DNA of 64,000 nt. It comes from an uncultured Clostridia bacterium. Lineage in GTDB: Bacteria; Bacillota; Clostridia; Oscillospirales; Acutalibacteraceae. The stretch is from positions 20,254-84,253 of the forward strand of contig CANQBK010000001.1 of NCBI GenBank assembly GCA_947589485.1, read 5' to 3'. Numbering within the stretch: the first letter of the stretch is position 1; each line of letters opens with the position of its first letter. Of the stretch, positions 10,287 through 20,494 are shown one piece after another. The notes beneath the pieces are model-generated. The model saw nothing but the letters and a program-made list of their open reading frames with translations, did no database searches and was not told the DNA's origin. Both the position numbers and the translations under genes were made by a program.

Positions 10287-12562
10287 TCCTGTTCCCTCCT
10301 TATTGAGATTTTTCCGTTGTCGTATATTCTAAGGGCAAGATTTCCGTTCCCACCGGTCGAATATATCCGTCTGCCCTGCTTTTCGGAATAAGAAAAATAT
10401 TCCGAAAGATTTTTCTCGGTATCGGATATTATAACATATCTTGAGCATATCAGCTCCGAATTTTTAACGCTGCCGTTTACTATGAAAAAATCCGCATCAA
10501 GAAAATTCTTCGGGAGCATCAAACAGTCGGTTCCGTCAGAACATATAAGCGTTTTTCCTCCGTTTGAATCAACAAGCACCGCACTTCCGTATTTATCCTT
10601 ATATGTACACAGCTTTATATCGTCCGTGTATAAGGTATTTACGGGATTAGAACTTGATGACGGCATAATTTTGTTATCCGCTTTACCGATAAGCGGCTCC
10701 ATACTTTTAAATCTGTTTTTATCATACACTTCTATGTTAGTTATCGGATAATCCTCCATAATGTTTTCGGCAAACGCTGAAGTTGATGTGCCGCTGTCGG
10801 CAAGCACAAGCAAGTTGATTTCCTTGACCGACATATTTACCAGAACATCGTTAAGTATTCTGTAATTTTCATAATTACCGCCGCAATATAAAACATAAGT
10901 TTTTTCATTTTGGCTCATTATAACCGATAAACCGTCACCTGTATCAAGAACGGAAAATTTTATGCTGTCAGCTTTTAACACACTGTCCGAAACCGCTCCG
11001 ACTATAAACGTCAAAACGGCAACAAGAGCATAATATCTTATTACACGCTTTCTGTTCTTTAACATTAATATGACCGCTCCTAATGCCAACATCAAAGAAA
11101 GCCAAAACGGAACGAATGACTGTGAAGCCGAAATTACCGAAAACGGCAGTGACGAAACAAAAGAGGATATTACGAATATGTAATTTGCGGCGGTACTGCA
11201 TATTGCGGCAAAAGGTACGGCGGCAAATGAAAATATTACGCTAAAATTCATTATCAGCATAATCACGGTACATATAAGTATAATTGATACCGCAAAGGTA
11301 ATTAAAAAATTTGAAAGCACTGTATACAGTGCAAATTGCTTAAAATACATTATTACTATGGGAAGAGTAAATACAGCTGCCGAAACAGAGGCGGAAACGA
11401 TTGAAACAATACCTTTTACAAACGAATTAAATATATTCCTTATCGTTATTTTTATATGCCCTGCATTATCATTTTTCGGAAATATTCGTTCATAGACAAA
11501 AACATTTATTTTGTTTGAAATCAATATTATGCCCAAAGACGCCGAAAATGACAAAAGGAAACCTACATCAGACGCCGAGTAAGGATTTATTAAACACATA
11601 ATAAAAGCGGCAGCGGCAAGTGAATTTAACGAATCTGCTTCCCTTATGCAAGCCGTACCCAAAAGAAAAATTATTTGCATAATTCCCGCACGCACAACAG
11701 ACGGTGAAAAACCGACAACCGCCATATATAAAAACACAAATACGGTACATATCAGTGCCGCCGCACGTTTCCGTTTTCTCAAAATAAAAGTAAGAAAAGC
11801 CATCATTATTTGAGATAAAACAGAAATATGGAAACCCGATACCGCAACTATATGTGAAATGCCCGCCGAATTAAATTGGTCTTTTTGCTCATAGGTTATG
11901 TTTGTCTTATCTCCTGTCAAAACGGCATTTACAAAACCTGCCTGTCTTTGCGGCAAAAGACTGTTTACGCTTTCCTTTAAACATTGCCTTGTCATCAGGG
12001 CATAATAGTAAAGCGGCTTTGAGTCATTTGGAGTTATTTTCGGTTTGGTTTTGGTATCTAAACTCCCTCTCAGTATAATTCCTCGGGAAATATTATAGTT
12101 TTCGTATGAGGAACCTTTGTCGGAATAAAACTTTACCGTTGTTTCAATCGTATCATAAGGTTCAAGATTTATTTTATCCTTAGACGATACAATTGTTTTT
12201 ACGCCTTGGGGTATTTCTTCGGCATTTATTGATTTTAATTCAAGAGTATAATAAAATCTGTCATATTGGGTATACGGAAGTTCACACAATTGCGCTGTTA
12301 TTTTTGCCGTTTGTCCCTTAAATTTTTCAATCGGTGTCACCTTTGCACAGGTATACCCGTACAGCATCATAACCGCTATTGCGGATGTAAGTAAGACGGC
12401 AGGAATAACGGCGTTTTTTCGCAGTGTCGGAAACAAAAGCGAAACCGCAAAGCCGCCCGCAAAAATTACCGCAAGAAAAACACACGAATCAACACCCATA
12501 AACAAAGCGGCCGCCAGCGCAGACAAATATGTAAAACCTGTTACTGCAAGCGGTCGCTTCAT
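10274..12562 (-). CDS. comEC: DNA internalization-related competence protein ComEC/Rec2
   Basis: 762 aa with an N-terminal TM/OB region, a polytopic competence domain (ISHIVAVSGFHISV) and a C-terminal beta-lactamase-like domain (FSVLDTGDGLSVI...) whose His motifs are degenerate. Confidence 0.85.
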   Translation of the reverse strand: MKRPLAVTGFTYLSALAAALFMGVDSCVFLAVIFAGGFAVSLLFPTLRKNAVIPAVLLTSAIAVMMLYGYTCAKVTPIEKFKGQTAKITAQLCELPYTQYDRFYYTLELKSINAEEIPQGVKTIVSSKDKINLEPYDTIETTVKFYSDKGSSYENYNISRGIILRGSLDTKTKPKITPNDSKPLYYYALMTRQCLKESVNSLLPQRQAGFVNAVLTGDKTNITYEQKDQFNSAGISHIVAVSGFHISVLSQIMMAFLTFILRKRKRAAALICTVFVFLYMAVVGFSPSVVRAGIMQIIFLLGTACIREADSLNSLAAAAFIMCLINPYSASDVGFLLSFSASLGIILISNKINVFVYERIFPKNDNAGHIKITIRNIFNSFVKGIVSIVSASVSAAVFTLPIVIMYFKQFALYTVLSNFLITFAVSIILICTVIMLIMNFSVIFSFAAVPFAAICSTAANYIFVISSFVSSLPFSVISASQSFVPFWLSLMLALGAVILMLKNRKRVIRYYALVAVLTFIVGAVSDSVLKADSIKFSVLDTGDGLSVIMSQNEKTYVLYCGGNYENYRILNDVLVNMSVKEINLLVLADSGTSTSAFAENIMEDYPITNIEVYDKNRFKSMEPLIGKADNKIMPSSSSNPVNTLYTDDIKLCTYKDKYGSAVLVDSNGGKTLICSDGTDCLMLPKNFLDADFFIVNGSVKNSELICSRYVIISDTEKNLSEYFSYSEKQGRRIYSTGGNGNLALRIYDNGKISIRREQEWLS

Positions 12563-12739
12563 TTCTATCCTCCAAATTTTAAATACTATCCGTTATAAAA
12601 TTCGTCCGTTTACGTTTTTATGAACACGCCGATTATCTGCCTGTACAATAATCAGACAGTACCGAAGTAGGCTTTGTATCCTCTTGGCTTACACTTTCCA
12701 AAGCCGTGTATTTCATATTCCCGCTCCGAAGATAAATTC

Positions 12740-13090
12740 TCAACACATTTTAATATTCAGCTTTTTGCCTCCGAGAAGGTGGAAATGCAGGTGAAATACT
12801 GTCTGTCCCGCATCTGCACCGCAGTTAGAAACCATACGATAACCGTTTTCGGATATTCCGAACTCTTTTGCGAGCTTTGCCGCAACCTCATAAATATGGG
12901 CGATAACGGCACTGTTTTCCGCATTTACATCGTTGATTGAACTTAGATGTTGTTTGGGAATTATAAGGACGTGAACCGGAGCGACCGGATTAATATCCTT
13001 AAAGGCATAAACCGTTTCATCTTCATACACCTTGGTTGACGGAATTTCTCCGTTAACAATTTTACAAAACAAACAATCCATTTTAAGCAT
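12740..13090 (-). CDS. HIT-family (histidine triad) nucleotide hydrolase
   Basis: 116 aa with the HLHFHLLGG histidine triad. Confidence 0.85.
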   Translation of the reverse strand: MLKMDCLFCKIVNGEIPSTKVYEDETVYAFKDINPVAPVHVLIIPKQHLSSINDVNAENSAVIAHIYEVAAKLAKEFGISENGYRMVSNCGADAGQTVFHLHFHLLGGKKLNIKMC

Positions 13091-13101
13091 CTCCCGTTTA
13101 A

Positions 13102-14766
13102 TTATTTATTATTAAGCATTTCTTCCGCATAGTCAAGCGTGGCTTTTGTTATTTCCACTCCGCCTATGATTCTGGCAAGCTCGTTCTTTCTGCCCTCATA
13201 GTCAAGCATATTTACACTTGTATAGGTTTGACCGGAGGAAACGCTTTTCTGTATTTTAAAATGAGTATCTGCAAGACCTGCAATTTGAGCAAGATGTGTA
13301 ACGCAAAGTACCTGACGGTTTTTTGAAACTTCTTTCAGCTTTAATCCTACCTTTTGCGCCGCACTTCCGCTTATGCCGGTATCGACCTCGTCAAAAATCA
13401 ATGTATCGGTATCGTCCTTATCGGCAAGAACATTTTTAACAGCCAGCATCATTCTGGAAAGCTCTCCTCCCGAAGCAATTTTTGCGACAGGCTTTGGAGG
13501 CTCTCCGGGGTTCGTTGAAATCAATATTTCTATATCGTCACAGCCATAACTGTTGAGTTCACATTTATCTATACGAACCAAAAGATTGACATTCGGCATA
13601 TCGAGAAATGTCATTTCTTCTTTTACCTCATCGGAAAATTTTACGGCAGTTTTCTGCCTTTTTTTTGAAAGCTCTGATGCAAGCTCACACGCCTTAGTAT
13701 ATGCCTGTTCACACTTTTCGGCGAGCTTCTCTTGGTTCTCTTCGTATTTCTCCAAATATTCAAGCTCTTTCCGTGCATTTTCGAGAAATGACAGAATTTC
13801 ATCAATTGAGGGACCGTATTTTTTATCGAGAGTTTTTATCAAATCTATTCTGTCCTCAATTTCTTCAAGATTGCCGCCGTCCGAGTCAGCGGTATCGCAC
13901 ATCGAAAACACTTCATCACGGCAATCCTCTATTTCGTATATTGCGTTTTGTATTCGTTTCACAAGATTTTCGGCATCGGGCAATACATCGCAAATATTAC
14001 TCAAAGAACTGCACGCCATTTCAAGCGCCTGAACAGCTCCGTCCGTTTCATCGCTTCCGTTAAGATACTCCTTTGTTTCGTTCAGCGATTCCGCTATCCT
14101 CTCCATATTTTCCAGTATATTTCTTTGTTCCGTCAATTCCTCGTATTCACCCGAATATAAATCGGCACTTTCAATCTCATTTATTTGGTACATAAGCAAA
14201 TCCGCTTTGCGTTTTCGTTCTCTATCATCGAGTTCCGCTTTGTTAAGTTTGCTCTTTAAATCCGTATATTCTTTATATGCCGCTCTGTATTCCGATAAAT
14301 CGGTCAAAAGGTTCCCAAGTCTGTCTATATATGTTATGTGCAGTTCGGGCGACATAAGCTCATAATTTTCGTGCTGTCCGTGAATGTTAATCAAAAACGC
14401 ACCGACTGACTTTAATACTCCCGTTGTCGCAGGTCGTCCGTTAATACGGCACTTCCCCTTGCCGGACGAATGTATCTCACGCTGAATAAGCACTGTTCCG
14501 TCTTCTTCGGGTTCAAACCCCAGTTCAACGAGGGTTTCCGAGGCTTTTGACGAAATATCGCAGAACTCGGCGCTTACAAACGCGTTTTCGCAGCCGTTCC
14601 TTATAAGGTCACGCGAAATCCTGTTGCCCAAAATTGCATTAATTGAGCCGATTATAACTGATTTTCCGGCGCCTGTTTCACCCGTAAGCACATTTAATCC
14701 CTCGGTAAAATCAATAGTTGTTTTTTCGATTACCGCAATATTTTCGATATATAAATTTTTAAGCAT
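13102..14766 (-). CDS. recN: DNA repair protein RecN
   Basis: 554 aa with Walker A GETGAGKS, a long coiled coil, signature ASGGELSR and Walker B LIFDEVDTG. Confidence 0.9.
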   Translation of the reverse strand: MLKNLYIENIAVIEKTTIDFTEGLNVLTGETGAGKSVIIGSINAILGNRISRDLIRNGCENAFVSAEFCDISSKASETLVELGFEPEEDGTVLIQREIHSSGKGKCRINGRPATTGVLKSVGAFLINIHGQHENYELMSPELHITYIDRLGNLLTDLSEYRAAYKEYTDLKSKLNKAELDDRERKRKADLLMYQINEIESADLYSGEYEELTEQRNILENMERIAESLNETKEYLNGSDETDGAVQALEMACSSLSNICDVLPDAENLVKRIQNAIYEIEDCRDEVFSMCDTADSDGGNLEEIEDRIDLIKTLDKKYGPSIDEILSFLENARKELEYLEKYEENQEKLAEKCEQAYTKACELASELSKKRQKTAVKFSDEVKEEMTFLDMPNVNLLVRIDKCELNSYGCDDIEILISTNPGEPPKPVAKIASGGELSRMMLAVKNVLADKDDTDTLIFDEVDTGISGSAAQKVGLKLKEVSKNRQVLCVTHLAQIAGLADTHFKIQKSVSSGQTYTSVNMLDYEGRKNELARIIGGVEITKATLDYAEEMLNNK

Positions 14767-14770
14767 TTTG

Positions 14771-15247
14771 TTATAACCCCTTCAACGAATTATTATTATC
14801 CGTTGACATAAGTTTCTTTATGTCCTCAACTAAAATTGACGAAGCGGCTTCGTTTCTCGTGGCTACAAAGATAGTATCATCTCCTGCAATAGAGCCGAGT
14901 ACACCGACACGGTTCGTTGAATCGAGCGCCGCGCAAACAGCCTGCGCCATACCGCTTCGTGTTTTTATAACGACCATACAATGCGAACAATCAACGCTGA
15001 CGACCGCTGTTGAAAAAAGATAAACGTGTGACTGCTCCTTTGAAGCAGAAACCGTTTCGGCGGCATACTTATATGAACCGTCGCCGTCAAGAACCTTTAC
15101 AAGACGCATTTCCTTAATATCTCTTGAAACGGTTGCCTGCGTAACATGATAACCGTCACGCCTGAGCATTTCAAGAAGTTCAAATTGTGTTTCAATATTA
15201 TTTTCTTTAATTAATTCCAAGATTCTGGTTTGTCGTCTTGTTTTCAA
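14771..15247 (-). CDS. argR: Arginine repressor
   Basis: 158 aa with a winged-helix N-terminus (RQTRILELIKENNIETQ, VTQATVSRDI) and a C-terminal oligomerisation motif (GSIAGDDTIFV). Confidence 0.85.
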   Translation of the reverse strand: MKTRRQTRILELIKENNIETQFELLEMLRRDGYHVTQATVSRDIKEMRLVKVLDGDGSYKYAAETVSASKEQSHVYLFSTAVVSVDCSHCMVVIKTRSGMAQAVCAALDSTNRVGVLGSIAGDDTIFVATRNEAASSILVEDIKKLMSTDNNNSLKGL

Positions 15248-16125
15248 GTCCTGTCACCTCTTTCTGCAAACTTGTCGTTAAGTACCCTGTAAAATGTTTT
15301 ATTTTTTAAATTAATAAGCTCGGTTTCAATATTCGCGGAGGTCACCGACACCGTATCATTTTTATCTATTATTACCGTCCTTGCGCCGTCAATTGTAAGA
15401 AATACTTCGGTATTGTCATCACACGACGCTCTTACCGCAATTTCAGAGTGATGACTGAAAAGCACAGGACGTGCAAACAATGAGTGCGAACATATAGGCG
15501 TCATCAATATACATTTCATTGAGGGTTCAACAACGGGACCGCCTGCCGCAAGCGAATAGGCGCTTGACCCCGTAGGCGTGGATATAATAAGTCCGTCCGC
15601 TCTGTAATGGCATATATATCCCCTATCGGCGGCAAGAGAAACGTCAATGTCGATAAGCCTTGACAAAGAACCCCGTGAAATTACCGCATCGTTCAGAGCA
15701 TAAAATTCCTTTGTTCCATTGGAGCTTTTATGATTTATTTTCAGCATCATACGTTTTTCCGTTGTATAGCGTCCGTTCGTCAGGTTTGACAGCATATCTA
15801 TCTCATCGGGCTCAATTGCGGCAACAAAACCAAGCCGTCCCATATTAATCCCCAAAAGCGGCTTTTTTAAAACCGAGGCATATCTTGCGGCGTGAATAAT
15901 CGTGCCGTCGCCGCCTATGGTCAAAACAAGGTCGCACGATGAGTAAAGCGTATGGTTTTCTTCGGCAAAAGAAACATTGCGGTCCTTATAATAATTTTTT
16001 AATTTTTGTGATAATATAACATTCAAATTAAGTTCCGTCAGCTTGTTTATTGCTTTTAAGGACGTTTCGTATGCGCCCTTTTTTGTCAGGTTGGGAACAA
16101 CGGCAATGTTTTTAAAACTGTTCAT
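15244..16125 (-). CDS. nadK: NAD kinase
   Basis: 293 aa with the GGDGT motif and the conserved STPTGSSAYSLAAGGP block. Confidence 0.9.
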   Translation of the reverse strand: MNSFKNIAVVPNLTKKGAYETSLKAINKLTELNLNVILSQKLKNYYKDRNVSFAEENHTLYSSCDLVLTIGGDGTIIHAARYASVLKKPLLGINMGRLGFVAAIEPDEIDMLSNLTNGRYTTEKRMMLKINHKSSNGTKEFYALNDAVISRGSLSRLIDIDVSLAADRGYICHYRADGLIISTPTGSSAYSLAAGGPVVEPSMKCILMTPICSHSLFARPVLFSHHSEIAVRASCDDNTEVFLTIDGARTVIIDKNDTVSVTSANIETELINLKNKTFYRVLNDKFAERGDRT

Positions 16126-16146
16126 AGATATTATCTCCGGTACGGT

Positions 16147-16956
16147 TTATTTATCAAGTTCTTTATGTGACGATTCAACGAGCGTTTCAATATCAAATGT
16201 TTTTACGGGTTCGGGATCGTCCGATTTCCGTATATATATAAGATATTCTATGTTTCCTTCCGGTCCTTTAATGGGGGAGTAATCCATATCCAGAACGTCA
16301 AATCCGTTTCCAAGACAAAATTCGTATACCTTTTTTATAACATTTATGTGTACGTTTTTGTCACGCACAACTCCGTTTTTTCCGACATTTTCTTTTCCTG
16401 CTTCAAATTGGGGTTTTATAAGGCATACTCCCGTCCCGTTCTCTTTTAAAAGAGATCTTACGGCAGGCAATACCAAAGAAAGCGATATAAAACATACATC
16501 AACACTGAAAAAGTCTATCTTATCGGGTACTTGTTCACTTGTAATATATCGGACATTGGTACGCTCAAGATTTACTACCCTTTTGTCACCGCGCAGTTTC
16601 CAGTCAAGCTGACCGTATCCAACATCTACCGAATACACCTTTATTGCTCCGTTTTGAAGCATACAATCGGTAAAACCGCCCGTTGAGGCTCCTATATCCA
16701 TAGTTATTTTATCTTTCAGATTCGGCTTAAAGGTTTTTATCGCCTTTTCAAGCTTCAGACCGCCTCTGCTGACGTATTTGAGTTTATTTCCGCGCATTTC
16801 CAGCTTTATATCTTTTTTATATACGGTTCCGGGTTTGTCTGCTTTCTGATTGTCAACATAAATTATACCCGACATAATAAGTGCTTTTGCCTTTTCTCGG
16901 CTCTCTGCAAAGCCTGCCTCATAAACCATAACATCAAGACGTTTTTTTTCCGACAA
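16147..16956 (-). CDS. tlyA: TlyA-family rRNA (cytidine-2'-O)-methyltransferase
   Basis: N-terminal S4 domain (KKRLDVMVYEAGFAESREKAKALI) followed by an FtsJ-like methyltransferase (DIGASTGGFTD). Confidence 0.85.
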   Translation of the reverse strand: MSEKKRLDVMVYEAGFAESREKAKALIMSGIIYVDNQKADKPGTVYKKDIKLEMRGNKLKYVSRGGLKLEKAIKTFKPNLKDKITMDIGASTGGFTDCMLQNGAIKVYSVDVGYGQLDWKLRGDKRVVNLERTNVRYITSEQVPDKIDFFSVDVCFISLSLVLPAVRSLLKENGTGVCLIKPQFEAGKENVGKNGVVRDKNVHINVIKKVYEFCLGNGFDVLDMDYSPIKGPEGNIEYLIYIRKSDDPEPVKTFDIETLVESSHKELDK

Positions 16957-16962
16957 CGGATT

Positions 16963-18837
16963 TTACCCCCTGTTTTTTATAATATACAAAATTTTTTCTT
17001 CCATACCTTTATCGTCCAGTCCCAAACGGCGAAGCGCCGAATCGGTTTTTGTTTGGTGAACATAATTTTTTATTGCGGTTATATTATAGCTGCCTTTAAA
17101 TCCGCACCGGAACAATTTTAACCCGAATGTTTCCCCTATACCGCCGTATTTTATACTTTCCTCAAAAAAACAGCAAATATCATATAAAGCCGCTTTTTTT
17201 ACCGCAGACTTTGATATAGGCTTAATAATGTTTAATTTAAGAATACAAACGTCAATCCCCTTTTTTTGGAGGCTTTCCCGTGCAAGGCAAGCGTAAGAAA
17301 AAAGCCTGCCGTATGTAACAATTAAAATTTTGCTTTTAATACTGCCGTAAAATGTGTAGGCGGTATTTTCGGGTTTATAATCCGACGGTAAATACAGCTC
17401 TCCGCCTCTCGGATAACGTACCGCAACCACTCCCGATGTACGATAAACAGCATTGTACATCATAGATTTCAGTTCATTAAAGCAGGACGGCGCATATACG
17501 GTAACATTCGGAATTGTGTTAAGGAACGCCGCGTCAAATATACCCTGATGGGTTTCCCCATCCTCTCCCACTATTCCGGCGCGGTCGATCGCAAGAATAA
17601 TATGAAGATTTTGAAGCGCCGCATCGTGTATTATCTGATCGTAGCTTCTTTGCAAAAATGTTGAATAGACACAAAAAACGGGGATCATATTGCCCGCCGC
17701 CAAACCCGCTGAAAAGGTAACGGCGTGTTCCTCGGCTATTCCGACGTCAAAAAAGCGATCCTTAAATTTTTTTGAAAATTTACTCAGACCCGTTCCTATT
17801 GACATAGCGGCTGTTATGGCGCAAATACGTTTATCTACCTCAGCCGTCTTACACAGAAAATCTCCCATAATCTCCGAATATCCCATTGAAGAACCGACAG
17901 GCTCACCGGTTTCAATGTCAAAGGCGGAAATACCGTGAAAGTTTTTGGGATTTTTTTCCGCAAATTCATAACCCTTTCCCTTTGTTGTGCAAACGTGGAC
18001 AAGCACGGGTCCGCGTCGGCGTTTTGCGGCGGTAAGAGCCGTTTGGAGCTGTACAATATCGTGTCCGTCGTATGGTCCGTAATAAGCAAAGCCGAACTGC
18101 TCAAACATATTTTTTTGATGTGCAAAAAAATCTTCGCGTATCCAGTCCTTGATTTTCTTTAAAGCCCGTGAAAGAGGCTTTCCTATACCGGGAATTTTTG
18201 ACAGCTTGCTCTGTATCTTCAGTTTTGCATCAAGATAAGAGGGCTTTATACGCATTCGGGAAAGATAGCGTGCCATAGAACCGACATTCTTTGATATTGA
18301 CATTTTGTTATCGTTAAGAATAACAATCAAGTCATTTTTTGAGCGTCCGGCATTATTCAGACCTTCAAACGCCAGACCTCCCGAAAGTGCGCCGTCGCCT
18401 ATAACAGCAACAGTGTAATGGTAATCCTTCATTATTTGACCGGCACAGGAAATACCGTATGCGGCGGAAATTGATGTACTGCTGTGACCCGTGTCAAAAG
18501 AGTCATATATACTTTCATTTCTTTTCGGGAACCCCGAAAGACCGTTTTCCGTCCGTATAGTATCTATTTTTGAGTAGCGTCCGGTCAATATTTTATGTGC
18601 ATAGCATTGATGCCCTACGTCCCATATTATTTTATCGACGGGACAATCAAAAACTGTGTGTATGGCAAGAGTAAGCTCAACGACTCCAAGATTTGAAGCA
18701 AGGTGTCCTCCGTTTTTGGACACGGTTTCGACTATTGTTTGACGTATTTCTTCGGACAAAGCGGTAAGCTGTTCTTGTGTAAACCCTTTTATGTCAGACG
18801 GAGATTTTATTGTTTTTAAAAGACTTTTATTCGCCAT
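16963..18837 (-). CDS. dxs: 1-deoxy-D-xylulose-5-phosphate synthase
   Basis: 624 aa with GHLASNLGVVELT, the GHSSTSISAA motif and the TPP-binding IGDGALSGG motif. Confidence 0.95.
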   Translation of the reverse strand: MANKSLLKTIKSPSDIKGFTQEQLTALSEEIRQTIVETVSKNGGHLASNLGVVELTLAIHTVFDCPVDKIIWDVGHQCYAHKILTGRYSKIDTIRTENGLSGFPKRNESIYDSFDTGHSSTSISAAYGISCAGQIMKDYHYTVAVIGDGALSGGLAFEGLNNAGRSKNDLIVILNDNKMSISKNVGSMARYLSRMRIKPSYLDAKLKIQSKLSKIPGIGKPLSRALKKIKDWIREDFFAHQKNMFEQFGFAYYGPYDGHDIVQLQTALTAAKRRRGPVLVHVCTTKGKGYEFAEKNPKNFHGISAFDIETGEPVGSSMGYSEIMGDFLCKTAEVDKRICAITAAMSIGTGLSKFSKKFKDRFFDVGIAEEHAVTFSAGLAAGNMIPVFCVYSTFLQRSYDQIIHDAALQNLHIILAIDRAGIVGEDGETHQGIFDAAFLNTIPNVTVYAPSCFNELKSMMYNAVYRTSGVVAVRYPRGGELYLPSDYKPENTAYTFYGSIKSKILIVTYGRLFSYACLARESLQKKGIDVCILKLNIIKPISKSAVKKAALYDICCFFEESIKYGGIGETFGLKLFRCGFKGSYNITAIKNYVHQTKTDSALRRLGLDDKGMEEKILYIIKNRG

Positions 18838-18921
18838 TATTATTACTCCGATTATCGTTATAATTATATATTTTATTATATCATAATTATAATATTATTT
18901 TTATTAAATACATAATTTTTA

Positions 18922-19494
18922 TTATTTTTTTTCCTGCTTAATCAGCTTGAAAAATAGTACAGCATAATTTATAAGGGAAAAAAGCATTGAAAGTGTTGTT
19001 ACTGCAAACAAAGCAATGATTAGCTTCATATTTGTTATGCCCCATATTGCTTTCAAAAGTACAATGGTAACTACCGATACATAAAATATTGCCGTAGAAA
19101 CCTTTCCGTACCATTTTGCGGCAGGCGGTTTTATTTTTATTTTTATAAGAAAAAGTCCTCCGCAAAGCATAAAAATTTCCTTACAAAAAAGTATGATTAC
19201 AAACGGCGTAACCGACGGATACAAAATATTTATACATATTACGACAGCAATAAGCGTCAGCTTGTCCGCTATCGGGTCAAGCATTTTACCCAGTTGTGTA
19301 ACTTGGTTCATTTTTCTTGCAATCATACCGTCGAACATATCGCTTATACCGGAAACCAAAAGCATAATTCCCGCTCCGATATAGTTTTCCTCAATCAGAA
19401 ATTTTACTAACGGAACAATAACCACAATTCTTATTGCAGACAAAATGTTGGGTATTGTAAGATTTTTTTTAAAGTTTGATTTTAAATCCGCCAT
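18922..19494 (-). CDS. CDP-alcohol phosphatidyltransferase family protein (PgsA-like)
   Basis: Motif DGMIARKMNQVTQLGKMLDPIADK. I chose the start at MADLKS (ATG 19494), which has AGGAAAGGAG 8 nt upstream, rather than the ORF-track start at 19527. Confidence 0.8.
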   Translation of the reverse strand: MADLKSNFKKNLTIPNILSAIRIVVIVPLVKFLIEENYIGAGIMLLVSGISDMFDGMIARKMNQVTQLGKMLDPIADKLTLIAVVICINILYPSVTPFVIILFCKEIFMLCGGLFLIKIKIKPPAAKWYGKVSTAIFYVSVVTIVLLKAIWGITNMKLIIALFAVTTLSMLFSLINYAVLFFKLIKQEKK

Positions 19495-19531
19495 AGGTAA
19501 AACTCCTTTCCTAAAAACGGTAAACAAATTT

Positions 19532-20242
19532 TTACTTCGGCACCATAAACGAAATAATGGCGTCCGGCAGGCTTAATCTGTATATAACCTTGTACAGCAA
19601 AGAGTTGTCGATTGTATTTTGAACGGCATTAAAGGAATCGGAAGAAAGAAACATCATAACAAAATACAGTATCAGTGAAAATATCATTATCAAAACAATC
19701 GCTTCCGCAATTCCAACCAAGGCTCCGCCTACCTTGTTGACAATACTCAGATTGGTTGCATCTATACTTTTGGTAAGAGTATTGGCAATTATTCTTATAA
19801 TAACCGTAAATATTACAAATAATAAAGATGTAAACACAATTGTAATCAACTTTATTATTATCGGTCTTACCAGAGATTCTATTACTTCGGGTACGGACGC
19901 TGATGACGAAACGATTTGTTCGGTAAGTCCGTTTTCGGTTATTCCGATACAGCTAAGACCGTTGACAAGCAAAGAGGGCATTGAATTGAACAAATAATGC
20001 GTCTGCTGTTCAATTGTAGCCTCGGGCGGAACGCCGCTGAAAGCAGATGCGACCGCATCGGTTATTTTTCCCATAAACAGATTATTGTAAATATCGGGTG
20101 AAAAAGCCGACGATATAAAAGACGCCGCCGTAACCGCGATAAGCGACCCTAAAATTCCTACTACGGAATAAATCATTCCCCGTTTAAAACCGGTAAATGC
20201 AAAGAGCGCGATTAGTATTATCACCACTATATCCAAAAACAT
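19532..20242 (-). CDS. CvpA-family membrane protein
   Basis: 236-aa polytopic protein with a CvpA-like N-terminus (DIVVIILIALFAFTGFKRGMI). Confidence 0.65.
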   Translation of the reverse strand: MFLDIVVIILIALFAFTGFKRGMIYSVVGILGSLIAVTAASFISSAFSPDIYNNLFMGKITDAVASAFSGVPPEATIEQQTHYLFNSMPSLLVNGLSCIGITENGLTEQIVSSSASVPEVIESLVRPIIIKLITIVFTSLLFVIFTVIIRIIANTLTKSIDATNLSIVNKVGGALVGIAEAIVLIMIFSLILYFVMMFLSSDSFNAVQNTIDNSLLYKVIYRLSLPDAIISFMVPK

Positions 20243-20494
20243 TTTATGTAATCCCTTTCAATATAATTGATTTAAAACGAACTGATTTTCCGCAAATAAT
20301 ACTATAACATATTTTTCGATTGACTACAAGCAAAAAATCCCGATAGTTACATTATATGCCACAAAATTTTTAATGTTAAACGATAAAATTCTTTAAGGGA
20401 TTTTGCTGTAAGAAAAATTCAGGCACAAAAATGCCGCACCGCGTTTTATTACGCAGGTACGGCAAAATTATATTTCAGAAATTTAAAAGGCAAA

